Of a stretch of 64,000 bases of DNA, positions 10,190 through 20,885 are shown one piece after another (positions within the stretch are counted from its first letter, which is position 1; every line of letters starts with the position of its first letter). This DNA comes from a bacterium. Its GTDB lineage: Bacteria; Bacteroidota; Ignavibacteria; UBA10030. The notes under the pieces were generated by a model. That model saw only the letters and a list, made by a program, of their open reading frames with translations. It was not told the origin of the DNA and searched no databases. The translations under genes were made by a program, and so were the position numbers. The stretch spans positions 32,001 to 96,000 of the forward strand of contig JAZDJN010000104.1 of the NCBI GenBank assembly GCA_043803945.1, written 5' to 3'.

Positions 10190-11350
10190 TTATCGTCTGC
10201 CTCTCTGGAAGGGGCTAAGCCACCCTTTCAGGAGCGCCTGATATTCATCGGGCCGTTCCCGCTCGATCACCATAATCTTTTCAATAATGAAGACAGTGGC
10301 AATGCTCGTGATGAGAGCGAGGATAAAGAAAATAATGACGATGATTTTTTTCTTCGGCTTAGAGGGCAGCTCGGGATACGATGGCTGGTCCAGGACCAGC
10401 AGTGTTGGCGCATCGCGCTGTTCTTCAATCTTTGCCTGTTCCAGCAGCGGTAGCAACGTTTCGTACAATCGCTGTTGAACGGCGAAATCCCGATAAAGAC
10501 GCAGATAATTGGTACCAATATCTGGAACGTCCTTAAGTTTTTTTTCAAGTTGTAGAAGCTGTAGTTTCGAGAATTCAAATTGAGGATTGGATTTTCCGAG
10601 GGTTTTTTCAAGCATGTCGACTTCAAGTTCTTTTGCTTCCTTTTTGGCATAGAGATCAGCGACAGCCGAAATAGCAGCGGTATTCTGTTCGGTGGCTCCC
10701 ACGAACCCATATTTTTTCTGGAAGCTTTTCATTTGTTCTTCGGCCATTTTAAGATCTTGAACATTTTTCTCTACACGTCGTTCTATAAACTCCCGGTTTC
10801 CGCGTGCCTCCCGCACTGTTAATTCCCGATTCAGTTCATCGAGAACAAAAATAAAATGCGCAGCGATTTTTGGAGCACGGGAAGAGTCCTTATCGAAGAC
10901 TTCAATGCGGAGGGTTCCTTCCTCGCTAACCCGAATGTCCGTATTCAATAATAACTCCTCCATCGCCTGATCGAGGCTTCCATCCTTAGTATCATACACC
11001 TTGGTGAGGTCAAACGCTTTCACGACGTGCCCTAAGAGTGTACGACTTTTAAGGATTGCCAGATAACTGTAGATATCAGGTGATTGGCCGAGGGATCCAA
11101 TGCCGCGCAAAGGATTGAGCTGTTTCATCAACGAAGAAGAAGATAACCCAAGCATCGAAAGAGTGCTCTGGTTCTTCGGAGGCATAATGGTGACGGATGA
11201 AGCATACCATTTCGGTAGTAAAAAACTGACAATGATACTCAGTAGTGTAATAATGACCACAGAGAGAATAATAAACCTTTTCCATCGGCTAAGAATAATA
11301 AAAAACGATAATAGCCCGCTTCCTGTTTGTGTACTACTCCTGGATTCCAT
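10190..11350 (-). CDS. Wzz/GumC-like chain-length determinant
   Basis: Two TMs flanking a coiled coil; PKWY and LDQPSYPELPSKPKK. Confidence 0.85.
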   Translation of the reverse strand: MESRSSTQTGSGLLSFFIILSRWKRFIILSVVIITLLSIIVSFLLPKWYASSVTIMPPKNQSTLSMLGLSSSSLMKQLNPLRGIGSLGQSPDIYSYLAILKSRTLLGHVVKAFDLTKVYDTKDGSLDQAMEELLLNTDIRVSEEGTLRIEVFDKDSSRAPKIAAHFIFVLDELNRELTVREARGNREFIERRVEKNVQDLKMAEEQMKSFQKKYGFVGATEQNTAAISAVADLYAKKEAKELEVDMLEKTLGKSNPQFEFSKLQLLQLEKKLKDVPDIGTNYLRLYRDFAVQQRLYETLLPLLEQAKIEEQRDAPTLLVLDQPSYPELPSKPKKKIIVIIFFILALITSIATVFIIEKIMVIERERPDEYQALLKGWLSPFQRGRR

Positions 11351-11380
11351 GGCAGACTTCTTTCTTCGCTATCATAATGG

Positions 11381-13432
11381 TTACTTGACGATTTTCGCTA
11401 GAATAAATGTCGATGCTATTGAAGCTGCGATCGAAATTACATCCCGCACAATTTCAAAATAGTACTTAAAATCCCGTTCGACGATCAATTCTTTCGGCAC
11501 CCAGATCTGATCACCCGGTTCTATGCTGGCATTTTCCGGATCAACCCACTCCAAGCTACCCACTTTGATAACACGGGTGTCACCTTTAATTGCCCACTCA
11601 GAATACCCGCCCGCCTTGGTGATGTAGTACTTCAGGTTCGCACCAGCTAAGAATGGGATATAACCTGGATTGGAAACCTGGCCATGCACAAGCACAGTGT
11701 GTGTATTCGATGGTATGAAGATGATATCATCATCCTCGAGCGTCACATCAAATTGGGCATTGTTTTCAATAAAAAGCTTTTTGAAATCGTTAACGACCGG
11801 ATAGCGGCCTATCTTGTTGGAAAGGTTAAAATATTCGCTATCGGCTATTGATAATTGGCTTGATCGTACTGCCCGAAGAAGCTCCAACTTTGGATCCACG
11901 ATTCCTTTAAGGTCTTGTGCTTTGCGCAAAATTACGATTCCCGGAATCAGCGCGTCCTTCGTAAAGCCTCCACCGACGCGAATGATCTTTGTAAGCGTGG
12001 TCCCATGTCGAGCAATAGGGTACATTCCGGGCGTCTGGATAGACCCCCGCAGATAAATTTTATAATCCCCCTGTTGTGAAGCGAGGGGTTGAACAAAAAT
12101 TCGATCCCCTCTTTTTAGTGTAACCGTCTGCTCTAGCCCACGCTCTATCGCCTCACCATTCACCACGCGTTCCTCCACGATGTTCCCAAGATCATCGAGC
12201 CGAGAAAGAAGAATGTGCGCTTTATCCGCAGACCTCAAGAAACCCTTGGCAATCTTAATAGCATCCAAGAGATCATCACCCTCGACAAACTCATATTTTC
12301 CAGGAGCATTGACCGCTCCAACAATTGAAATACATCCCCAAGTCAGATCCCGCTGGGGGACAAAGATAATATCGCCATCCTTTAGGCAGGGATTGTACTT
12401 TGACTGACTGGTTGCATAATACTTTGGCAGATCGACACGAACGGTATCACCGGATTGATGAATAACAAGGATATTTCGAAGAGAGGTATTGGGCGATAAT
12501 TCCTGATAGGATTGGGTGATCGGAAGATCAATGATTCCTTTTTGCGTTGGATCCGGGTTGACGGCTGTTTCCGAAGGAAGAACAACGCTAGATGGGGTTG
12601 GAAGCAATCGTGACGCTTCATACAGAAGCTTTTCAACTCGATCGATCGGGGCAGCGATGTACTGTCCGGGCCGGAGTACCGCACCATAGACCTTAACCAC
12701 AAATGAGCGAGGTTTCAACAGCGTGAAGGATATCGTACCCACCATATTTTTTGATCGAAGTGTATCGATGATTTTCTTTTTCACCTCAGCAAGCCGCTGA
12801 TGCAACACGCTGATCTCCCCGATCGATGGAATTAGGAGTGTACCTTCAGGAGTGACAGTATAGCTATTGGAAATCTGTAGCGGTCCCCAAATTCCCAGAT
12901 GAAAAAGGTCCGAGGGGCCGACAATGTATTCCTCTGGATCAATCGTGCTCTCCATGGGAGCGAGAGTAATTCTTCCCATAGGATCATTACTCATGGCTGC
13001 AATTACCAAGACTCTTGGGCGAAGAAGCGTCAGGGTCACCTCTCCCATGAGAAACTTCGCTTTCACCTTTTCGACAATCTTCTTCTTCACTTCACTGAGT
13101 TTCGCATCGGCTACTCGGAATTCTCCGACCATGGGAATAATCAACGTTCCTTCGGGTGTCACCGTGAGCGGCCATGAGACCTGTATCGGCCCAACCACAC
13201 TAAGCTGAAAAACATCCATAGGGCCTACAACGTATTGCTCTGGATTAATCGAATGATCGAGCGGGTACTCACGGACCTTATCGGAAATATCGGCCTTTGC
13301 TTCGATACCATAGTTTTTCAACTGGTCAGCGGTGGTTTCGGTTGTTTCCTTTTTTTCTTTTACCTGCGCTCTGCCAATAACGCCTGTCAGCGCTACTAAA
13401 AGACTGATGTAAAGAAAACGTTTGTACCTCAT
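11381..13432 (-). CDS. Polysaccharide export protein (Wza/KpsD-like, Poly_export + SLBB repeats)
   Basis: Signal peptide, two YxVGPxD...VTPEG Poly_export repeats, several GxVxxPG SLBB repeats. Confidence 0.85.
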   Translation of the reverse strand: MRYKRFLYISLLVALTGVIGRAQVKEKKETTETTADQLKNYGIEAKADISDKVREYPLDHSINPEQYVVGPMDVFQLSVVGPIQVSWPLTVTPEGTLIIPMVGEFRVADAKLSEVKKKIVEKVKAKFLMGEVTLTLLRPRVLVIAAMSNDPMGRITLAPMESTIDPEEYIVGPSDLFHLGIWGPLQISNSYTVTPEGTLLIPSIGEISVLHQRLAEVKKKIIDTLRSKNMVGTISFTLLKPRSFVVKVYGAVLRPGQYIAAPIDRVEKLLYEASRLLPTPSSVVLPSETAVNPDPTQKGIIDLPITQSYQELSPNTSLRNILVIHQSGDTVRVDLPKYYATSQSKYNPCLKDGDIIFVPQRDLTWGCISIVGAVNAPGKYEFVEGDDLLDAIKIAKGFLRSADKAHILLSRLDDLGNIVEERVVNGEAIERGLEQTVTLKRGDRIFVQPLASQQGDYKIYLRGSIQTPGMYPIARHGTTLTKIIRVGGGFTKDALIPGIVILRKAQDLKGIVDPKLELLRAVRSSQLSIADSEYFNLSNKIGRYPVVNDFKKLFIENNAQFDVTLEDDDIIFIPSNTHTVLVHGQVSNPGYIPFLAGANLKYYITKAGGYSEWAIKGDTRVIKVGSLEWVDPENASIEPGDQIWVPKELIVERDFKYYFEIVRDVISIAASIASTFILAKIVK

Positions 13433-14538
13433 GATTTAATCTCCAGGTAATGAATAATATGAGAGCGAATTCGTTCAGCCGTTTTCCCGTCCCACAACTC
13501 GGGAACGCGTCCGTGTTTTGGTCGTCCCGCAAACACCTCATAACTCAAGCGAACGATTTTATTACTATCGAGACCGCAGAGTACGTTGGTACCAATTTCA
13601 CATGTGATCGGTCGTTCCGTATTCTCGCGCAGCGTCAGACAGGGAATACCGAGATAAGTAGTCTCCTCTTGAATCCCCCCGGAATCGGTTAACACTAATT
13701 GGGCCTGATCCATTAAATGGAGAAAATCTAAAAAGCCCAGAGGATCGATCAATCGAAGGTTTGGAATAGTATGTATCCTTTTAGAATATCCGAACTGCGC
13801 GAGCATTTTTGTTGTCCGCGGATGAACAGGAAAAATAATCGTACTCTTTAAGGAGAGTTGTTCGAACATCATGAGTATCTTATTCAGTCCATCCCGATCA
13901 TCAACATTGCTGGGACGATGTAATGTTACCAAGGTATAGTTCCGAGGAGAGACACCAAGATCTTGCAAAGCCGTCGAATTTGCCGCTTTTTCCCGGTAAT
14001 GCACCAGCGAGTCGATCATCACATTCCCGACGAGGAATATCTTCTCATCGGCAACTCCCTCATTTCGCAGATTAGTAACACCACTCGGTTCACTGACCAG
14101 CAGAATCTCCGCGATGGCGTCAGTCATCAACCGGTTGATTTCCTCCGGCATGGTACGGTCGAAGCTGCGCAGCCCAGCCTCAACGTGGGCGACAGGAATG
14201 CCCATCTTCACGGCAACCAGGCTGCAGGCTACAGTCGAATTCACATCGCCGACGACGACGACGAGATCTGGCCGTTGTTTCTCTAGAATCTCCTCAAATG
14301 CTATCATGATCTTTGCCGTTTGCTGCGCGTGACTGCCCGAACCAACTCCGAGATAGAAATCAGGATGCGGCAGCTCCAAATCCTCAAAAAACACTTTGGA
14401 CATCGCCTGATCATAATGCTGTCCGGTGTGGACGATCAGGTGGCGAACAGCATCGGCATACTTCTGCATCGCTTTATGCAAGGGTGCAACCTTCATGAAA
14501 TTCGGCCTGGCACCGACCACACTGAGGATAGTCTTCAC
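13429..14538 (-). CDS. wecB: UDP-N-acetylglucosamine 2-epimerase
   Basis: GARPNFMK, HTGQHY, HVEAGLRS, TDSGGIQEE. Confidence 0.95.
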   Translation of the reverse strand: MKTILSVVGARPNFMKVAPLHKAMQKYADAVRHLIVHTGQHYDQAMSKVFFEDLELPHPDFYLGVGSGSHAQQTAKIMIAFEEILEKQRPDLVVVVGDVNSTVACSLVAVKMGIPVAHVEAGLRSFDRTMPEEINRLMTDAIAEILLVSEPSGVTNLRNEGVADEKIFLVGNVMIDSLVHYREKAANSTALQDLGVSPRNYTLVTLHRPSNVDDRDGLNKILMMFEQLSLKSTIIFPVHPRTTKMLAQFGYSKRIHTIPNLRLIDPLGFLDFLHLMDQAQLVLTDSGGIQEETTYLGIPCLTLRENTERPITCEIGTNVLCGLDSNKIVRLSYEVFAGRPKHGRVPELWDGKTAERIRSHIIHYLEIKS

Positions 14539-14557
14539 GTTAGATTCTTGTAAGCCT

Positions 14558-14641
14558 GTTGCTGGTTCATGGTTTAAGTTGAACGTTCCTAGTTGATACT
14601 ACAAATAATTGACACTTCATACGTACTACTCTCTACTTGAT
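14558..14641. repeat. Degenerate 7-bp periodic tracts in opposite orientation
   Basis: GTT at 14558/65/72/78/85/92, then ACT/ACG at 14614/21/28/35. Confidence 0.5.
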
Positions 14642-14647
14642 AAGCCC

Positions 14648-15664
14648 TCACAATTCTCTCCCTCCATACATCGTCTTGTAGTACTCCTGATATTCACCGC
14701 TTATAATTCTCGACCACCATTCCCGATGATCCTGATACCAGCGGATTGTTTCTTGCATTCCTTGTTCAAACGAATAGCGGGGCGTCCACCCCAGTTCTCG
14801 TTCGATTTTTGTAGAATCGATGGCATAGCGCCTGTCATGACCCGGCCGATCTTTGACATAGGTGATCAGAGAATCCGGTTTACCGAGTGTTTGGAGGATG
14901 ATCTTAACCACTTCGATATTTTTCCGCTCGCTTTTCCCACCGATGTTATAAACTTCCCCAACAATCCCCTTATGAAGCACAGTATCGATCGCCGAGCAAT
15001 GGTCGGAGACATGAATCCAATCGCGAACATTCGCCCCATCGCCATAAACGGGCAGCGATTTGTCGTTCATCGCATTGGCAATCATAAGCGGAATTAGTTT
15101 TTCTGGAAATTGGTATGGGCCATAATTATTCGAACATCGTGTAATGAGAACGGGGAATCCGAATGTATGATGATAGGCCTGCACCAGGTGGTCTGCCGAA
15201 GTCTTGCTGGCTGCATAGGGGCTGTTCGGGTGTACTGGTGTCTCTTCAGTGAATTTACCCTCATCTCCGAGTGAACCATACACCTCATCCGTTGAGATTT
15301 GAACGTACCGCTTGACGCCATACAGTTTTGCTCGTTCCAGCAGAGTGTTCGTCCCCATCACATTCGTCATTACAAACTCCGCCGCACCCATAATACTCCG
15401 GTCGACGTGGGACTCTGCGGCAAAGTTGATAACCGCTTCCACCTGGTGCTGCTTTAAAATTGAATCGATCAACGGGCCATCACAAATATCGCCCCGGACA
15501 AATGTGTACCGGGAATTCGCCTCGGCCACCTTCAAATTTTCCAAATTGCCTGCATAGGTAAGCTTATCAAGGTTGACGATATGGTACCCTGGATACCGCT
15601 CCAGCATATGATAGATGAAGTTGCTGCCGATAAATCCTGCACCCCCTGTAATCAGTATGTTCAT
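14648..15664 (-). CDS. rfbB: dTDP-glucose 4,6-dehydratase
   Basis: TGGAGFIGSN, AAESHVDRS, STDEVYG, PYAASK, RPGHDRRY; start at MNILIT. Confidence 0.95.
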   Translation of the reverse strand: MNILITGGAGFIGSNFIYHMLERYPGYHIVNLDKLTYAGNLENLKVAEANSRYTFVRGDICDGPLIDSILKQHQVEAVINFAAESHVDRSIMGAAEFVMTNVMGTNTLLERAKLYGVKRYVQISTDEVYGSLGDEGKFTEETPVHPNSPYAASKTSADHLVQAYHHTFGFPVLITRCSNNYGPYQFPEKLIPLMIANAMNDKSLPVYGDGANVRDWIHVSDHCSAIDTVLHKGIVGEVYNIGGKSERKNIEVVKIILQTLGKPDSLITYVKDRPGHDRRYAIDSTKIERELGWTPRYSFEQGMQETIRWYQDHREWWSRIISGEYQEYYKTMYGGREL

Positions 15665-15936
15665 TCGATTACCCTTTGCTTGACCATTAAATGCTTTTTT
15701 GAGATGGAAAATGTCGAAAGCAGGCAAAATTTACGAAACAATGAAGGAAATTCAAAGTTAGATACACTTTCGCTTGTTGAAAATAATTACCTGAAAACTG
15801 ATCTCTTTTCAGAGAAGAATGAGAGAAGCAATGTTAATGCGGTAGCAAAGCGGCTATGAGCGAAGGTCCCAATTGTTATTTGTGACTGTGATAATACTAA
15901 CGATTATTCCCGAAAAAATCAATGGCTTTCTTGAGA

Positions 15937-17595
15937 CTACATTCTCTCCGGCGCGCTGACGCCTAATATTTTTAGCCCATTCGAAAGCACCAGTATTGTC
16001 GCTGAACATAAGGCAAGGCGTGCAAGCGACAGATCCCGCTCAGGGATGACAACCCGGTGCTCGTGATAAAATCGATGAAACTCTGTTGCCACATCGTGTA
16101 AATAGTTCGTTAGCCGCATTGGTTCGAACGCCATGCACGCCGATTCCACAACCTCGGGAAATTCGAGGAGGATCTTGATTAATTTGATTTCCTCGGTTGA
16201 TCGAAGAAGATCGGTCTGAATACCCCACTCAGACGGCTGCTTTCCTGGAACGAGTATGCCCTCGCTTTCAGCAAAACGCAAAATGCCGGCAATGCGTGCA
16301 TGCGCATATTGCAGATAGTAGACAGGATTCTTGTCAGATTGTTCTTTTGCCAGATTGAGATCGAATTCAAGATGACTGGAGACTGAGCGCATCAAAAAGA
16401 AAAACCGGACTGCATCCGAGCCCACTTCGTCAATCAATTCATCAAGCGTGACGAAATTTGCAGACCGTTTTGACATTTTCACCTGTTGGCCATCGCGCAT
16501 CAGTGTCACAAATTGATGGATCACAACCTTCACTTTTTCAGGATCGTACCCCAACGCCTTGACTCCGGCAAGTACATCGGGAATTGTCGCTATGTGGTCT
16601 GCTCCAAAGACATCGACAATCAGTTCGAAGCCCCGGCGGAATTTCTCACGGTGATAGGCAATATCGGGCAGGCGGTAGGTCGGCTCACCCGTACTCTTCA
16701 CGATCACCCTATCCTGTTCCAGCCCCAACGCCGTTGCCTTCAGCCATACTGCTCCTTCAAAATCGTAAGCAAGCTCTTTTTTTCTAAACTCCCCGATCAC
16801 CTCGTTTATGGTCCCATCGGAATAAAGGGAATCTTCATTAAAGAATACATCAAAAACGACACCCATTTTTGCCAGAACACCTTTTATGACATCAAAGAGC
16901 GATTGTTCAGCAACCTGTTTACAAATCCCAAGGGCTTCTTCTTTTTCCGCGGAGCAGAGAGAATCCTTGTACTCAGTAGAGAGCTGAGCCGCTATCTCCT
17001 TAATGTAATCTCCCTGATAGCCATCTTCAGGAAAAGTGTACTGATCATCATAGATCTGGCGGTAGCGTACATAGGTGGACTCGGCAAGCATCCGCATCTG
17101 CCTGCCGGCATTATTGTAATAATATTCACGGGTAACATCATGCCCTGTCCATTGGAGCAGATTGGCAAGTGTATCGCCAATGGCGGCCTGGCGTCCATGA
17201 CCAACGCTCAAAGGCCCGGTTGGATTCGCACTGACAAATTCCACCTGGGTTTTCTTCTGTGCACCGCTCGTTGAACGACCGAATTGGCCGCCCAGATCCA
17301 AAATGTCCGTGAGTTGCCGGCTAAAAAAGTGATCCGAAAAACGAAAATTGATGAAGCCCGGCCCTGCAATCTCAACGTTGGAGACATCCATTGGATCGAG
17401 GTTAAGCGCAGAAATAATTTCCTGGGCAATCGCCCGAGGATTCTTGTCAACTTTTTTTGACAACGACATGGCGATGTTGGTGGTGAGGTCGCCGTGAGCT
17501 TCGAGCCTTGGTTTTTCGAAGATAAGCGGGATCCCCACATCATACCTTAAGGAGGCGAGGGCGGATTGGACTTTCTGTGAAAGATAATTCTTCAT
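15937..17595 (-). CDS. argS: Arginine--tRNA ligase
   Basis: EFVSANPTGPLSVGHGR, KMSKR, YLQYAHAR, APERM. Confidence 0.97.
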   Translation of the reverse strand: MKNYLSQKVQSALASLRYDVGIPLIFEKPRLEAHGDLTTNIAMSLSKKVDKNPRAIAQEIISALNLDPMDVSNVEIAGPGFINFRFSDHFFSRQLTDILDLGGQFGRSTSGAQKKTQVEFVSANPTGPLSVGHGRQAAIGDTLANLLQWTGHDVTREYYYNNAGRQMRMLAESTYVRYRQIYDDQYTFPEDGYQGDYIKEIAAQLSTEYKDSLCSAEKEEALGICKQVAEQSLFDVIKGVLAKMGVVFDVFFNEDSLYSDGTINEVIGEFRKKELAYDFEGAVWLKATALGLEQDRVIVKSTGEPTYRLPDIAYHREKFRRGFELIVDVFGADHIATIPDVLAGVKALGYDPEKVKVVIHQFVTLMRDGQQVKMSKRSANFVTLDELIDEVGSDAVRFFFLMRSVSSHLEFDLNLAKEQSDKNPVYYLQYAHARIAGILRFAESEGILVPGKQPSEWGIQTDLLRSTEEIKLIKILLEFPEVVESACMAFEPMRLTNYLHDVATEFHRFYHEHRVVIPERDLSLARLALCSATILVLSNGLKILGVSAPERM

Positions 17596-17605
17596 GCTTC
17601 CGATG

Positions 17606-18040
17606 TTATTTTGATTTCAGTTTGGGAGAACGTTTTTTCCCCGTAGTTTTTCGTTTTATCGCTGCAGACTCGAGCGTATACATGATACCGGTGGGGGTAT
17701 CTTCTACTTGTGTCCGTTTTGCATCTCCCCAGAGCCGTTCAACACTGTAAAAGGAACGTGCCTCTTTATGAAAGACATGGACAACGATATCGACATAATC
17801 CAACAGAACCCATGAAAGTGCTTTCCATCCTTCCGAGTGCCAGGGGCGGCCTTCACTCTCCAGCATGCCATCCTGCACCGCGTCCGCGATTGCCTTCACC
17901 TGCGTTTCCGAATCTGCAGAGCAGAGTACAAAAAAATCCGCAGGCCCATCAAGCCCTCTCAAATCCATAAGAAGAACATCAAATGCTTTCTTGGAAAGAG
18001 CGTATGCTGCCATCTTCTTTGCAAGAGTTCGTGAAATCAA
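17606..18040 (-). CDS. rsfS: Ribosome silencing factor
   Basis: WVLLDYVDIVVHVF...FYSVERLW. Confidence 0.93.
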   Translation of the reverse strand: MISRTLAKKMAAYALSKKAFDVLLMDLRGLDGPADFFVLCSADSETQVKAIADAVQDGMLESEGRPWHSEGWKALSWVLLDYVDIVVHVFHKEARSFYSVERLWGDAKRTQVEDTPTGIMYTLESAAIKRKTTGKKRSPKLKSK

Positions 18041-18058
18041 CGTGGTATCCTCCAGTTG

Positions 18059-18586
18059 TTAGCGCATAGGGATTAAAGAGCGATAATCTTTTCCGACAAT
18101 CACTGTGACATCAATATACAAATTCCGATCGATCATCTGGCCCACTCGCTCCTTGGGGATGCCGAGCGCCGCTGCGACCTGCTCCGCAGCAGCCAGATTC
18201 CCCGATCGGTCAAGAACATGCGTTTGGGCGACATTCTTCTCCCTGAAGTTCCCCATTTCCACAACATCAAATCCCCGTGCACGAAGATAATCGGTAAATT
18301 TCTGTCCAAGTTTAGGTATCCCCGTACCATTTAATACATCAAGTTGAATAACATGTGGTTTTCCTCCCTGAACAATGGAAGGTTCAACTTTCGGGCTGAA
18401 GACGGTGTGACGGAGAAACGAATAGAGAAAGACCAGTACGACGAAACCAAATATCCCGAGCAACACTAAGATGGAATATTGTTTCCAATCGCGACGGATG
18501 GTTGAAGTCTTACGGGGATTCGTCTCCCGTGCTGGTTTCTCGGGTGGATTCTGTTCTTCAAACTCTTTTAGATCCATGGACTCCAT
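18059..18586 (-). CDS. LytR C-terminal domain membrane protein
   Basis: TM followed by VLNGTG...GF...GN...DVTVIVGKDY. Confidence 0.85.
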   Translation of the reverse strand: MESMDLKEFEEQNPPEKPARETNPRKTSTIRRDWKQYSILVLLGIFGFVVLVFLYSFLRHTVFSPKVEPSIVQGGKPHVIQLDVLNGTGIPKLGQKFTDYLRARGFDVVEMGNFREKNVAQTHVLDRSGNLAAAEQVAAALGIPKERVGQMIDRNLYIDVTVIVGKDYRSLIPMR

Positions 18587-18682
18587 TCTTCAAGCAATAA
18601 AAAACCGGATATCATACCGTACAAGGACGGCTTTGATGATTCCGGTTCACGAAGAAGCACAACAACATATTCAGGAATAGAC

Positions 18683-19192
18683 TCAGTGACGATCCTCCCG
18701 CGTTCGAATGAAACTATAGTCATCATAGTAATTAGGCCAGCCATACTGTCCGTAGCCAGCCATCGGAGGGAGCTGACGAAAATCAATCTGAAACAGCATG
18801 TTCTTCGATGGCCGATAATTCAACTGAGCCTTGCTGAGAAAAATACCGCTCAAATCTTTTTCAAACTGCTTCCCAAATGAACTGAAGGGGGAATGCATTA
18901 AGCTGATATCAGCCTGGATGTCGAGTTGGTCGTTGAATTGATACATCATGCTATTCGTGTAGACACCAAGCGATAATCCCTGTCCTCCAAACGATGAATA
19001 CGAGAGAGAGAAACTGTGCCGCATGCTTAATTTACTCGGATCAAACAAACCGAAGAGAAACGAATTGTTTTCCGTTCGGAATAGCGAACCGGTCACTGAG
19101 GTATTCAACTCAGGACTTGATTTGAACTGAGCTATCATTCCTGTAGATACGACCAGTAACAGGATAACAGCCGATACGATCCATGTTCTCAT
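18683..19192 (-). CDS. Secreted hypothetical protein
   Basis: Signal peptide MRTWIVSAV; GGAGG RBS at 19201-19205. Confidence 0.75.
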   Translation of the reverse strand: MRTWIVSAVILLLVVSTGMIAQFKSSPELNTSVTGSLFRTENNSFLFGLFDPSKLSMRHSFSLSYSSFGGQGLSLGVYTNSMMYQFNDQLDIQADISLMHSPFSSFGKQFEKDLSGIFLSKAQLNYRPSKNMLFQIDFRQLPPMAGYGQYGWPNYYDDYSFIRTREDRH

Positions 19193-19227
19193 TATCTTTA
19201 CCTCCATCTCATCATATGAACAGTAGT

Positions 19228-19256
19228 ATGATACTTAAATGTAGAAGTATTGTCAA
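19228..19256 (-). promoter_or_regulatory. Sigma70-like promoter
   Basis: TTGACA-17 nt-TATCAT on the minus strand upstream of 19192. Confidence 0.55.
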
Positions 19257-19295
19257 GAATATGGGGTTGGGGAATCCCTCCTGGTAAAACTCCCC

Positions 19296-20138
19296 TCAAT
19301 TCTGAAGCAATCGAAGCAGCTTGGCAATGGTTTCCTTCATATCCTTCCGATGAACCACCATATCGATAAAGCCCTTTTCCTGCAGAAATTCTGCACGTTG
19401 GAACCCTTTCGGCAGGTCTTTCCCAATCGTCTGGCGTATCACCCGGGGGCCTGCAAATCCAATCAGCGCACCCGGCTCGGCAATATTGAGATCGCCGAGC
19501 ATTGCCCAGCTTGCTGTAACTCCTCCCGTTGTCGGATCGGTAAGGATGGAGATGTATGGTACCGATGCATCGGACAGTTGTGCAAGTTTGGCCGATGTTT
19601 TTGCCATTTGCATTAACGAGAGTGCAGCTTCCATCATGCGTGCTCCTCCCGTTGAGGAGATAATGAGGAGCGGGTAGCGTTTCTTCCTTGCCGCATCGAT
19701 TGCCCGTGCAATCTTCTCACCCACGACCGAGCCCATGCTCCCTCCGATAAAGGTAAAGTCCATGCAGGCAATGACGACAGGGATCCCCTCAATTTTTCCG
19801 GAGCCAGTCCGGACAGCATCATGGAGACCCGTCTTCTTTATGGCATCCTTCAAGCGATCCGAATAGCGCTTCGTATCGACAAAGTGCAGCGGATCTTTTG
19901 ACCTCATTTTCGTGTCCATCTCCTTCAACGACTTGGCATCGAGCAGGATATCAAAATACTGCGCGCTTCCAATCCGGAAATGGAAGCTGCACTGTTTGCA
20001 AGTGAAAAAATTCTGCTCGAGAATTTTTTGATGGAGAATTTCTCCGCAGCTTTCACATTTCATCCACTGCCCATCGGGGATTTCTTTCTTCTGAGCTTCG
20101 GATGAAATATTTTCTTTCGATCGTCTAAACCATGCCAT
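19296..20138 (-). CDS. accD: Acetyl-CoA carboxylase carboxyltransferase beta subunit
   Basis: CxxC...CxxC zinc ribbon, [26 protein letters not shown]. Confidence 0.96.
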   Translation of the reverse strand: MAWFRRSKENISSEAQKKEIPDGQWMKCESCGEILHQKILEQNFFTCKQCSFHFRIGSAQYFDILLDAKSLKEMDTKMRSKDPLHFVDTKRYSDRLKDAIKKTGLHDAVRTGSGKIEGIPVVIACMDFTFIGGSMGSVVGEKIARAIDAARKKRYPLLIISSTGGARMMEAALSLMQMAKTSAKLAQLSDASVPYISILTDPTTGGVTASWAMLGDLNIAEPGALIGFAGPRVIRQTIGKDLPKGFQRAEFLQEKGFIDMVVHRKDMKETIAKLLRLLQN

Positions 20139-20155
20139 CGAGGCCTCCAATCCAA

Positions 20156-20851
20156 TTAATGCAAAATACCACTCTTTTCCTGACGCCGCACGACAAACTC
20201 CTTGAGGTAGAGCGGTTCAGACGATGCGATGTCTGCAAACGCTCTCTCACGCACACTCTGCTGAGCAATTCGGGCCACCGCTGCCCCCCGGCAGTGCTGC
20301 TGCAGTTCAAGTACGTCGGCTCTTTCACCCAACATATCCCGAATAGTGTGAACCCGATCGGTGACAACACAACTCTTGACATCTATCGGGATCTTGTTGG
20401 GAATATCCCGAACAGGGATGATACCGGCTGATCCTTCAGCCTGTACTCTTCCATTTTGAATCGTGTACTCACCGGCATAGAACTCTCCTTGTTTCGCGTC
20501 GACAAGAACAAAAATGTGTCTATTCTCGTCAATCTGCAGTCCGACAGATGCGGCAACAGCGTCAAATGTCGACACAAGAACAAGCGGTTTCCCAAGTGCA
20601 TAGCAGAGTCCCTTGGCCGTGCTCATGCCGATCCTCAATCCCGTAAATGAGCCTGGTCCTTTGGAGACAGCAACAGCGGTAAGCTCGTTTATCGGCAATC
20701 GGGCTTCGGCAAGGACCTTCTGAATCAATGTCAGGAGCTTTTCTGAATGAATATGCGATTCTGTGATCGAATGCTCAATATCAATTCCACCCTCACGTAC
20801 TAGGGCAACGGCGCACACCGACGTCGATGTCTCGAGACCTAGGATATTCAT
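20156..20851 (-). CDS. tsaB: tRNA threonylcarbamoyladenosine biosynthesis protein TsaB
   Basis: [29 protein letters not shown]. Confidence 0.93.
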   Translation of the reverse strand: MNILGLETSTSVCAVALVREGGIDIEHSITESHIHSEKLLTLIQKVLAEARLPINELTAVAVSKGPGSFTGLRIGMSTAKGLCYALGKPLVLVSTFDAVAASVGLQIDENRHIFVLVDAKQGEFYAGEYTIQNGRVQAEGSAGIIPVRDIPNKIPIDVKSCVVTDRVHTIRDMLGERADVLELQQHCRGAAVARIAQQSVRERAFADIASSEPLYLKEFVVRRQEKSGILH

Positions 20852-20885
20852 CAATCGCTCTGCTGTCCGATGGCGGTATTCGGAA

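Noticed and set aside
16486-17274. 262-aa plus-strand ORF
   Set aside because: Antisense to argS, with no motifs
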